A stretch of DNA of 64,000 bases. Source: Phycisphaerae bacterium. GTDB lineage: Bacteria; Planctomycetota; Phycisphaerae; UBA1845; CAIVHJ01. The stretch's first letter is position 1. Every line of letters begins with the position of its first letter. The DNA is taken from assembly GCA_022072405.1 (NCBI GenBank), contig JAJVHX010000012.1, forward strand, positions 23,807 to 87,806, given 5' to 3'. The translations under genes and the position numbers were made by a program. Under the pieces are notes generated by a model. That model was not told the origin of the DNA. It did not search any database and was given only the letters and a program-made list of their open reading frames with translations. Below are positions 53,443 through 61,834 of this stretch, one piece after another.

Positions 53443-53691
53443 TCAGCTCTCAAAAATTCCGCCGAATTTGTAAGGCGAAAACCAGATGGTCTCCTCCGGA
53501 AATTCCTGCGGCGGCTGAGCGCTGTAATCTGGAATCACCAGTTCCTCCCGCGGCAGATTCTGCGAGAGTGCATCATTACCCAGGTTGCTGTCAGGGTTGA
53601 CACTCTTTTCCGTGCAGCCCATCAAACTGCTCGTCAGAAAACAACCTGCCAACAGACTACTAAGCCGATGTCGTGTTCGTCTGGAAAGCAT
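53443..53691 (-). CDS. Small lipoprotein
   Basis: MLSRRTRHRLSSLLAGCFLTSSLMGC (lipobox), 82 aa. Confidence 0.5.
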   Translation of the reverse strand: MLSRRTRHRLSSLLAGCFLTSSLMGCTEKSVNPDSNLGNDALSQNLPREELVIPDYSAQPPQEFPEETIWFSPYKFGGIFES

Positions 53692-53787
53692 GTCATTTCT
53701 CCTGTTCTGGGTAACTGGCGATCCAGAGTTGGATTAATACACGATGTGTGCCATGTAGAAATAATACCCATAATAGCATTTAATAGG

Positions 53788-53810
53788 CTAAAAACGGCCA
53801 TAATATGGCC
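53788..53810 (-). terminator. Weak terminator candidate for 53865..54704
   Basis: The palindrome ggccataatatggcc (53796-53810) is followed on the minus strand by GTTTTTAG. Confidence 0.35.
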
Positions 53811-53864
53811 TATATTAATAAAAATGGGTAAAATAACCCGATTATTTCTATATCAGATGGGTAA

Positions 53865-54704
53865 TCAGGGTTGAGCGATCAGATAGGCTACCCAGCTCTT
53901 GATGGCTTCACCTTCTGTGGTGGGGGAATATTGCCCGTTTCCCTGCCCAGTGCGTGGATTTGTGCCTTCCCAGTAGACCTCGATCTGGCTGAATCCCGCT
54001 TCGCTGAGTAATTCCTGCAGTTCGCACAGCGACCAGAGTCGCCAGTGATAGCTGAAGGCTTTCCGCATCCGTGAACCATCGGGAAACTCAAAGTGAATAT
54101 GGCAGAGCACTTCGCTGTTAATGGGATTGTAGTAGGCATGTTCCCAGAGGTAGGTGAAGCCGCGGCAGCGGCGGCGTTCGGTGAGGTCATCACGCAGAGC
54201 ATCCGTACCGCCGAAGGCATCGAGTACGAATAAGCCATCCGGCTGCAGCGAGCGATGGGCGATACGGAAATAACGCTGCATCAGTGCGCGGGACTGGAAA
54301 ACGAAATAGCTGAAATTCAGCGCCACCAGAATATCCACACGCGGCCGTTCGATGTGCAGCACGTTTTCATGATGCAGTAACAATCGCTCACGCTGCTTTG
54401 GTTCCAGTTGCGACAGATTGTGTGTTTCACCCCAGCGCAGGGTTTCAGCACAAATATCCACACCAATTGAATGATGTTCGGGATGGCGGCGAACCCACTC
54501 GCAGCAAAGCGCGGAAGTGCCGCAGAAGTCCTCACGTAGTATTCGTGCATCTCGGCCTCGCAGGCGCCGAAAGGTGTATTCGAGAAACTCCGCTTCCAGG
54601 TCGGGGGTCTGCACTGCCAGCTGGTAGAGCACATGCTTGTCGGCGGTGCGGGCGGTGAATGCAGCTGGTCTGGATGCGGTCGATCGCGCTCGAGTGCGGG
54701 CCAT
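53865..54704 (-). CDS. Class I SAM-dependent methyltransferase
   Basis: 279 aa. ILREDFCGTSALCCEW (motif I-like), ILVALNFS, LQPDGLFVLDAFGG. Confidence 0.65.
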   Translation of the reverse strand: MARTRARSTASRPAAFTARTADKHVLYQLAVQTPDLEAEFLEYTFRRLRGRDARILREDFCGTSALCCEWVRRHPEHHSIGVDICAETLRWGETHNLSQLEPKQRERLLLHHENVLHIERPRVDILVALNFSYFVFQSRALMQRYFRIAHRSLQPDGLFVLDAFGGTDALRDDLTERRRCRGFTYLWEHAYYNPINSEVLCHIHFEFPDGSRMRKAFSYHWRLWSLCELQELLSEAGFSQIEVYWEGTNPRTGQGNGQYSPTTEGEAIKSWVAYLIAQP

Positions 54705-54912
54705 TAAATTTTCCTGCTGATGAATAATGTTCGTGCTGCCAGGGCCATAGGCTGAAGGCGCCCTGCCGACTCACAGTGGAGAGAATTATTGCGGTTTATA
54801 TGCAAAACGCCAAGCCAGCGCCAGCCCGACCACGATCCCGTATTCCCGCGCGCCTGGAACAGGTGGCAGTAATTGAACTACAATTATATGAATGGCGACG
54901 TTAATCAGTGAT

Positions 54913-55275
54913 TCATGATTGATCCTGGGACGTTTCGGCTTCGAGTTCATCGAGCAGGGCGACGGCGCGGCGGAGATGGGGGATGACAATGGAACCGCCG
55001 ATGATCAGCCCAACATTAAATACCTCGAACAGCTGGGCACGGGTCAAGCCTTCTTCTCGGCAGCGAATCACATGATAGGCGATGCAATCATCGCAGCGCA
55101 AGACCATCGAAGCCGCCAAGCCGGCGATTTCCTTCGTCCGGCTGTCGAGTACCCCATCGGTATAGGCTTGTGTGTCGAGCGTAAAAAAGCGGCTGATGGG
55201 TAGAAATTTTTCATCGAGGATGCGCTGGTTCATCTGCTCACGATATTCGCGAAACTGTCGCAGTCGCTCGCTCAT
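54913..55275 (-). CDS. Carboxymuconolactone decarboxylase / AhpD-like family protein
   Basis: ATG 55275 is preceded by AGAGGAG. 120 aa with LDSRTKEIAGLAASMVLRCDDCIAYH (CxxC). The track ORF up to 55680 is an AT-rich upstream read-through. Confidence 0.8.
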   Translation of the reverse strand: MSERLRQFREYREQMNQRILDEKFLPISRFFTLDTQAYTDGVLDSRTKEIAGLAASMVLRCDDCIAYHVIRCREEGLTRAQLFEVFNVGLIIGGSIVIPHLRRAVALLDELEAETSQDQS

Positions 55276-55513
55276 TAAATTATCTCCTCTTTTTGGATAA
55301 TCTGGGTTAGAGCTGGAAAGCTCACCACATTGGAAATATTCGACCGTCCACTTATATTGAATGCTGTAACTTATTATACTATAGATGATTACGTGGATAT
55401 CTTCTCTGTTTGCTGAGATTTCCGCCGGTAATGGGTTATCCGGCGATACCCGGTAATATAGATATAAATTGTTGACAGTAACCTGTGTAGCGGGCTGCGG
55501 TAATATGTCCCCT

Positions 55514-55541
55514 TTGACAGATTTAGGCAATTGGTTATACT
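55514..55541 (+). promoter_or_regulatory. Candidate sigma70-type promoter upstream of tRNA-Thr/tuf
   Basis: TTGACA (55514-55519), a 16-nt spacer, then TATACT (55536-55541). Pattern only. Confidence 0.35.
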
Positions 55542-55784
55542 CACTAAATTCCAGTCTCGTTGAGATTTGCAGGCGGTCGAGGCGGAGAGAACACCGTCGG
55601 CAGGTCAGCCTGTCTGCTGATGTCTGACCTGCATCATTCCGGTATGAGCTGGAAATCAGTCTCCCGGTTTTTTTGAGCAATCATGGCTGGGTGATCTGAA
55701 TTTGTATTCGAATTTTTTTCGAAGCCGCGCGCTGTGTGACTTCGTAATTACTGATGGATGGATCACCCGCGGGTGACCAGATCT

Positions 55785-55857
55785 GCTGCTGTAGCTCAGC
55801 TGGTAGAGTGCGTCCTTGGTAAGGACGAGGTCACGGGTTCAATCCCCGTCAGCAGCT
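55785..55857 (+). tRNA. tRNA-Thr (anticodon GGT)
   Basis: The acceptor GCTGCTG pairs with CAGCAGC. D arm GCTC-AGCTGGTA-GAGT. Anticodon stem CGTCC/GGACG with loop TTGGTAA. T arm ACGGG-TTCAATC-CCCGT. Confidence 0.95.
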
Positions 55858-56024
55858 TGTAAGCTTGTTATTTGGAACGAACGAAACCCGCCGGATCCCC
55901 AGGCGCGGAAGCGACGGCGGGTAAGTAGATGGAGTTAGGAAGAACCGTTTTGGGCTTGGATCGGCGCGACCTTCGACCGCAACAGCGAGTCGGATCGGCC
56001 GGTTGAAGAGGAGCTGGAGGATTT

Positions 56025-57230
56025 ATGGCAAAGGCCGTCTTTACACGAACCAAACCGCACGTGAATGTGGGTACGATCGGACATGTGGACCATGGCAAGA
56101 CCACTCTGACCGCCTCGATCACTGCCGTACAGGCTAAGAAAGGGCTGGCCAATTTCAAGAGTTACGACGAAGTGGCCAAGGCTTCGGAAAAGGATGGTCG
56201 TCGCGATCCCACGAAAATTCTGACGATCGCCACCTCGCACGTGGAGTATGAATCAGAAAAGCGTCACTATGCGCACGTGGACTGCCCCGGCCACGCGGAT
56301 TATGTCAAGAACATGATCACCGGTGCCGCCCAGATGGACGGCGCTATTCTGGTGGTGTCCGCGGTCGACGGCCCGATGCCGCAGACCCGTGAACACATTC
56401 TACTGGCCCGCCAGGTGAACGTGCCGGCCATCGTGGTCTTCCTGAACAAGTGTGACCTGGTGGAAGATGCTGAACTGCTCGACCTGGTCGAGATGGAAGT
56501 GCGCGAGCTGCTGAGCAAGTATGATTTCCCCGGTGATGACACGCCGGTGATTCGCGGTGCGGCGTTGCCGGCGATGATGAATCCCACCGATCCGGAAAAG
56601 ACCAAGTGCATACAGGAACTGATGGATGCGGTCGATGCCTACATTCCCGAGCCGGTGCGTCTGAAGGACAAGCATTTCCTGATGTCGGTGGAAGATGTGT
56701 TCAGCATCAAGGGACGTGGTACGGTCGGTACCGGGCGTATTGAGCAGGGCGTGGTCAAGGTGGGCGACCAGGTTGAGGTCGTCGGCCTGGGTGATACCAA
56801 GACTACCACGGTCACCGGCGTCGAGATGTTCAATAAAACGCTGGATACCGGCGAAGCGGGCGACAACGTCGGTCTGCTGCTGCGGGGTATCGAAAAGACG
56901 GATCTGGAACGCGGACAGGTGATCGCCAAGCCCGGCAGTATCACACCGCACACCGAATTCGAAGCGCAGGTCTACGTGCTGACCAAAGAAGAAGGTGGCC
57001 GGCATACGCCGTTCGTTAACGGCTATCGGCCCCAGTTCTATTTCCGGACCACGGATGTGACCGGGGCGCTGAAGCTTGAGGGCGGCGCGGAAATGTGCAT
57101 GCCCGGCGACAACATCGCCATTATTGTAACCCTGGGCAAACCGATCGCCATGCAGGAACAGCTGCGCTTCGCGATTCGCGAAGGCGGTCGCACGGTTGGA
57201 TCGGGCGTGGTGGCGAAAGTGTTGAAGTAG
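56025..57230 (+). CDS. tuf: Elongation factor Tu
   Basis: [28 protein letters not shown]..., [12 protein letters not shown]. 401 aa. Confidence 0.98.
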   Translation: MAKAVFTRTKPHVNVGTIGHVDHGKTTLTASITAVQAKKGLANFKSYDEVAKASEKDGRRDPTKILTIATSHVEYESEKRHYAHVDCPGHADYVKNMITGAAQMDGAILVVSAVDGPMPQTREHILLARQVNVPAIVVFLNKCDLVEDAELLDLVEMEVRELLSKYDFPGDDTPVIRGAALPAMMNPTDPEKTKCIQELMDAVDAYIPEPVRLKDKHFLMSVEDVFSIKGRGTVGTGRIEQGVVKVGDQVEVVGLGDTKTTTVTGVEMFNKTLDTGEAGDNVGLLLRGIEKTDLERGQVIAKPGSITPHTEFEAQVYVLTKEEGGRHTPFVNGYRPQFYFRTTDVTGALKLEGGAEMCMPGDNIAIIVTLGKPIAMQEQLRFAIREGGRTVGSGVVAKVLK

Positions 57231-57362
57231 GCTTGGTGCTCGGCAGCAGCGTTGCATATTTCCATGTTCCCGGACTGGAAGCGCGCCGCTGGAAGGTGTT
57301 AACAGACAGCGCCGGGAAACTTCAGACAAGGGTAGATGCAGGTAACAGTGCGGAAGTGAGAT

Positions 57363-57530
57363 ATGGCTAAAAGTACCAAACGAGAATATGTGTGGATGCA
57401 GTGTACCGACTGCAAAGAGCTTAACTACCGCACGGAGATCAGCGTCGTCGGCGGGTCGCCCAAGCTGGAGTTGAAGAAGTTCTGCCCGAAAGAGCGCAAG
57501 CACACGCTGCATAAGCTGAAGCGCAAGTAA
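57363..57530 (+). CDS. rpmG: 50S ribosomal protein L33 (below the ORF-track cutoff)
   Basis: My translation: MAKSTKREYVWMQCTDCKELNYRTEISVVGGSPKLELKKFCPKERKHTLHKLKRK. It sits in the canonical position between tuf and tRNA-Trp/secE. Confidence 0.9.
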   Translation: MAKSTKREYVWMQCTDCKELNYRTEISVVGGSPKLELKKFCPKERKHTLHKLKRK

Positions 57531-57623
57531 GTCCGGGGGCGAATGAGTTATGTTTCCCGGTCTCGGGTGTTCCGTGGGGCCGGTGATGGGCGGGTGAGTG
57601 GTGTGCATAGACCGACCGCTGCT

Positions 57624-57696
57624 AGGAGCATAGCTCAATTGGTAGAGCACTGGTTTCCAAAACCAGCGGTTGGGGGTTCGAGTCCCTCTGCTCCTG
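57624..57696 (+). tRNA. tRNA-Trp (anticodon CCA)
   Basis: The acceptor AGGAGCA pairs with TGCTCCT. D arm GCTC-AATTGGTA-GAGC. Anticodon stem CTGGT/ACCAG with loop TTCCAAA. T arm GGGGG-TTCGAGT-CCCTC. Confidence 0.95.
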
Positions 57697-57735
57697 TTAA
57701 CCGTGGATCATCAACCTTGGCGATGAGTGTGGGTC

Positions 57736-58368
57736 ATGAGTTCGAATAAGAAATGTCGTCGAAGCAATTATGCTGCCGTACAGGGCGGAGCCATGGCCAT
57801 GCCCATGGCCGGAATGAAGCCGGTCGCTTCATCGGACCAGGATGCTGCCGATCAGGATAACCTGCCCGCTTCGGCGGGTGGCAGCGGAGGCCTGCAACCG
57901 CCCGTAACTGCTTCTGCCGGTGATGAAAGTTACCGTCCCGCTGAGCGAAGTTTGAAGACGTATAAGCCGGGACAGGGTTATTACACGCGTCTGGGCACCG
58001 CCGTTGGTGCGGGTGCATTGCTGCTGACCGGGATGCATTATATCTGGTCGCGCCTGCCCCCGGAAAATCCGGTGGTGCAGAATGGGATTCCCGCACTGCT
58101 GCTCATTTTGTTGGGCGGCCTGGTGGCCTGGGTGATCCTGCTGAATCGACGGAGCGGTGATTTCTTCATCGCCGTCGAAGGCGAAATGAAAAAAGTCAGC
58201 TGGTCCAGCCGCAAGGAAATTTTCGGCTCGACCAAGGTCGTGCTGGTCTTTACGCTGACTATCGCCATTCTGCTCTTTCTGATCGATCTGGGTTTTATGG
58301 CCTTTTTCGGTGCGATCGGCGTGCTGAAAATTAATTTAACCGATTTTCTCTTCCATAGTGGCGGGTGA
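57736..58368 (+). CDS. secE: Preprotein translocase subunit SecE with a long N-terminal extension
   Basis: The C-terminal part is SecE-like (FFIAVEGEMKKVSWSSRKEIFGSTKVVLVFTLTIAILLFLIDLGF). It sits in the canonical position before nusG. The start is GTG 57727 or ATG 57736. Confidence 0.85.
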   Translation: MSSNKKCRRSNYAAVQGGAMAMPMAGMKPVASSDQDAADQDNLPASAGGSGGLQPPVTASAGDESYRPAERSLKTYKPGQGYYTRLGTAVGAGALLLTGMHYIWSRLPPENPVVQNGIPALLLILLGGLVAWVILLNRRSGDFFIAVEGEMKKVSWSSRKEIFGSTKVVLVFTLTIAILLFLIDLGFMAFFGAIGVLKINLTDFLFHSGG

Positions 58369-58991
58369 GCAGCGTGGCGGACGAAGTGCAGAAATCTCCC
58401 AGCACAGCGACCACGACCGAGTCCGGTCTGCGGCAGGCCGGCATGGATTGGTATGTGCTGCGGGTCGCCTCCAATAAGGAAGAGCAGGTGCGCAGCGCCC
58501 TGGAACGCAAGGTCAAGATCGAAGGGCTGGATCAGATTGTTGGCCGCATCATGGTACCGACGTTGAAAGAGCGGCGGATGAAGGGCGGCCAGGCCAAGGT
58601 CTACGAACGCAAACTTTATCCGGGCTACGTCTTTGTCGAGATGATGACCGAGGCTGACGGCTCGATTCCCGAAAATGTCTGGTTCCTGATCAAGGAAACG
58701 ACCGGGGTGGGTGATTTCATCGGGTCCGAAGGCAAGCCTTCGCGGATGGAAGAACATGACATCGCCGCCATGCTGGCTGCTTCGCAGAAAGCGGATGATC
58801 AGCCGACCCTGTCGGGCATGAATTTCAAGAAGGGCGACGTGGTCAAGGTGACCGAAGGCAGCTTTGAGAATTTCGAAGGGACGATCGACAGTGTGGATGA
58901 GCATCGCGGCATGGTGACGGTGCTGCTGACCATATTCGGCCGCTCGACTCCGGTGGAAGTCGAATACTGGCAGTTGGAAAAAATTTCCTGA
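58365..58991 (+). CDS. nusG: Transcription termination/antitermination factor NusG
   Basis: WYVLRVASNKEEQV..., PGYVFVEM, and a KOW region GDVVKVTEGSFENFEGTI. The GTG start overlaps the secE stop. Confidence 0.95.
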   Translation: MSSVADEVQKSPSTATTTESGLRQAGMDWYVLRVASNKEEQVRSALERKVKIEGLDQIVGRIMVPTLKERRMKGGQAKVYERKLYPGYVFVEMMTEADGSIPENVWFLIKETTGVGDFIGSEGKPSRMEEHDIAAMLAASQKADDQPTLSGMNFKKGDVVKVTEGSFENFEGTIDSVDEHRGMVTVLLTIFGRSTPVEVEYWQLEKIS

Positions 58992-59045
58992 GCCGCCGGC
59001 ACATTCCCGGCTGGGTGCGGCTCCTAATCGACGATCGAGGCAACT

Positions 59046-59471
59046 ATGGCGAAAGAACTGGTAACGATAATCAAGGTGCAGGCGCCGGGCGGCTCTGCCA
59101 CTCCCGCGCCCCCCATTGGTCCGGCCCTGGGTCAGCATGGCGTGAACATCGGGCAGTTTGTCCAGCAGTTCAATGCCCAGACCAAAGAAATGAACGGCAT
59201 GATCGTGCCGGTGGAGATCTCGGTCTACAGTGACAAGAGCTTCACCTTCCTTGTTAAAAGCCCGCCGGCGGCGGTGCTGCTGAAGGAAAAAGCAGGTATT
59301 GCCAAGGGCAGCGGCGTGCCCAACAAGGATAAGGTCGGCAAGGTGACCAAGGCGGATTGCCGGGCTATTGCCGAACGCAAAATGAAGGATCTCAATGCTC
59401 ATGACCTCGATCAGGCGACCCTCATCATCATGGGGACGGCCCGGTCGATGGGTGTGGAAGTGATTGATTAA
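59046..59471 (+). CDS. rplK: 50S ribosomal protein L11
   Basis: [35 protein letters not shown]... Confidence 0.97.
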   Translation: MAKELVTIIKVQAPGGSATPAPPIGPALGQHGVNIGQFVQQFNAQTKEMNGMIVPVEISVYSDKSFTFLVKSPPAAVLLKEKAGIAKGSGVPNKDKVGKVTKADCRAIAERKMKDLNAHDLDQATLIIMGTARSMGVEVID

Positions 59472-59551
59472 TGGTGAATCGTAATAAGTGAATCGTGGAC
59501 AGTGAACCGTAGATCGGTCGGACCACGGACCTGAAAAGTGGGAGGCGTGTT

Positions 59552-60277
59552 ATGCCGCTGATGAGTGTGCGATACAAGAAACAGTTGGAAATGCGGGGCG
59601 ATGCGGAACAGGCTTTGCCGCTGACGCAGGCGATTGCCAAAGTGCGCGAGCTGGCGACGGTCAAGAATGACAAGAAATATGGTACCGCCAGGAAGCGCAA
59701 GGCGGTGGATCAGACGATCGACCTGGTTGTTCACCTGGGTATTGATTCCAAGCAGGCGGATCAGGCGTTACGGGGTTCGTTCGCCATGCCCAAGGGCATC
59801 GGCAAGAGCAAGAAGGTGATCGCTTTCTGTGACGGCGAAAATGCCACCGCCGCCAAAGAAGCGGGTGCCGTTGAAACGGGGGTTGATGAGCTGGTCGATA
59901 AGATCATGAAAGGCTGGCTCGATTTTGATGTCGCCATTGCCCATCCCTCGGTGATGGGTAAGGTCGGCAAGCTTGGCAAGACGCTGGGGCCGACCGGCAA
60001 GATGCCCAGCCCCAAGAGCGGCACGGTCACCGTCGATGTCGCCACCGCGGTACGCGAGTTCGCCGCCGGCAAAGCGGAATATCGCAATGATGCGGGTGGT
60101 AATATTCATATTCCGGTGGGTAAAGCCAGCTTTTCACCCGCCGATCTGCAGGAGAACATCGAGGCGTTTCTGGCCCATATCAGACGGATCAAACCCGCCA
60201 GTTCCAAAGGTCAATATATCAAGCGGATCTGCCTGGCGGGGACCATGACTCCCTCGGTCACGGTCGAATCCGAATGA
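59552..60277 (+). CDS. rplA: 50S ribosomal protein L1
   Basis: 241 aa after GGGAGG. DQTIDLVVHLGID, GKTLGPTGKMPSPKSGTVT. Confidence 0.95.
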   Translation: MPLMSVRYKKQLEMRGDAEQALPLTQAIAKVRELATVKNDKKYGTARKRKAVDQTIDLVVHLGIDSKQADQALRGSFAMPKGIGKSKKVIAFCDGENATAAKEAGAVETGVDELVDKIMKGWLDFDVAIAHPSVMGKVGKLGKTLGPTGKMPSPKSGTVTVDVATAVREFAAGKAEYRNDAGGNIHIPVGKASFSPADLQENIEAFLAHIRRIKPASSKGQYIKRICLAGTMTPSVTVESE

Positions 60278-60328
60278 ACACCGGGCCGATGAATTGCCCA
60301 ACAAACTCAGCCACAGGTTGGATAGCAT

Positions 60329-60862
60329 ATGAGCAAACGTATTAAAGATCTGATGACCGACGAAATTCTGAAGGATTGCCAGACGGTGGATAGCGCCTGT
60401 GTGGTGGATATCAGCGGCCTCAACGCCATCAAGACCAACAAACTACGTGGGGCGCTCAAGAAGCACAATATCCAACTGCAGGTGGTCAAGAACAGTCTGG
60501 CCCGCCGGGCGTTTGCCGATGGGCCGCTGGGACCGCTGGCCAAGTCACTGACCGGTCCTTGTGCTCTGGTTTTCGGCGAACCGGCCATTACCGATATCGC
60601 CAAGGAACTGGTGAAGTGGGCCCGGGAATACAAAGAGATCACGCTTAAGAACGGCACCATCGAGGGTGATGCCGATCTGATGTCGGTGGATATGATGGCT
60701 CAGTTGAAAGGGCGGATGGAGCTGCTGGGCGAAATCGCCATGCTGCTTAGCTCACCGGCTCGCCGTCTGGCGGGTGCGATTCAATCGCCCGCCGGCAAAA
60801 TCGCCGGATGTGCCAAAGCCAAAGCGGATCAAGAGGAAATCGCTGCCGCGGTTCCAGCATAG
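60329..60862 (+). CDS. rplJ: 50S ribosomal protein L10
   Basis: 177 aa in the canonical position between rplA and rplL. LRGALKKHNIQLQVVKNSLARRA. Confidence 0.9.
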   Translation: MSKRIKDLMTDEILKDCQTVDSACVVDISGLNAIKTNKLRGALKKHNIQLQVVKNSLARRAFADGPLGPLAKSLTGPCALVFGEPAITDIAKELVKWAREYKEITLKNGTIEGDADLMSVDMMAQLKGRMELLGEIAMLLSSPARRLAGAIQSPAGKIAGCAKAKADQEEIAAAVPA

Positions 60863-61069
60863 CGAGTTGTCCATACTGACGCCGTGCGGGCTAATACCGG
60901 CAACCCGGAACTTTTATTGGATAGAGATTTTTAGCTGACCATTAATTACTGATGATTTACAAACAACGACTTACACATCTCATCGCCGATTGGTCCTGCT
61001 TGCGGGATTAAATGAAATCACTGGGATTTCACCTATCAGAGGGATGCTGGTTCTGATGCGAAAGAGAGA

Positions 61070-61483
61070 ATGATCATGTCCGATGCAACCAAGGAATTTC
61101 CGCAGAAGATTACCGAGCTGTGCGAGCAGATCGCCAATCTGACCGTCAAGGAAGCGCAGCTGGTGGTGGATTGTCTGAAGCAGGTTTACGGGATTGAACC
61201 GGCGGGCGGCGGCGTAATGATGGCTGCTCCGGCGGGCGGTGGCGGTGCGGCGGCAGAAGAAGCCCCGGTCAAGGATACCTTCGACGTCGTTCTGGCCAGT
61301 GCCGGTGCCCAGAAGATTCAGGTAATCAAGGTCGTCCGGGCGGCGACGGGCCTGGGCCTGAAGGAAGCTAAAGACCTGGTCGATGGTGCCCCCAAGCCGA
61401 TCAAGCAGGGCATCCCCAAGGAAGAAGCGGAGAAGCTGAAGAAGGAGCTGGAGGAATCCGGCGCCACGGTCGAGCTGAAGTAG
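61070..61483 (+). CDS. rplL: 50S ribosomal protein L7/L12
   Basis: An Ala/Gly hinge, then [56 protein letters not shown]. An alternative ATG lies at 61076. Confidence 0.97.
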   Translation: MIMSDATKEFPQKITELCEQIANLTVKEAQLVVDCLKQVYGIEPAGGGVMMAAPAGGGGAAAEEAPVKDTFDVVLASAGAQKIQVIKVVRAATGLGLKEAKDLVDGAPKPIKQGIPKEEAEKLKKELEESGATVELK

Positions 61484-61834
61484 TTTGTAGGCCATTGCTT
61501 TAATTCGCTCAGGGCGATGGGCAGTCGGCGATGCGTAAAATATTCGCAATGGGCCGCTGCCCGTCGTTCGGTGGCGCTATAATAGGTTCTGTTTTTCCTG
61601 TCGATCGGTCTCAAGCGGGATCGAACGGGTGTGGTTGGGACCACCTGTTCTAACAGCATGCCTGAACCGGTCAATCGTCCCCCTGTAGTGTGTGCTTTGT
61701 CCCGGGTGGCGGGCACAGGTGTATTTTTTCAGATACACCACGCATTTGTTCGCGCGAACGGTGTGTTCGCGGCTCCATGATTTTCAACCTCGCAACGTAC
61801 TTCATTCCGCCGAGTTCGGAAAGGATCATGCCCT

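Noticed and set aside
56400-57650. 416-aa minus-strand ORF antisense to tuf and rpmG, running into tRNA-Trp
   Set aside because: It lies opposite EF-Tu, one of the most recognisable proteins, and overlaps a tRNA. It is a compositional artefact.
58038-59402. 454-aa minus-strand ORF antisense to secE, nusG and rplK
   Set aside because: It spans three well-supported plus-strand genes and their spacers, and has no motif of its own.
61519-61562. Hairpin between rplL and rpoB (gggcag...ctgccc) as a terminator or attenuator
   Set aside because: The stem is imperfect and is not followed by a T-run. It is plausible by analogy with the enterobacterial rplL-rpoB attenuator, but it is not supportable from sequence alone, so I did not list it as a feature.
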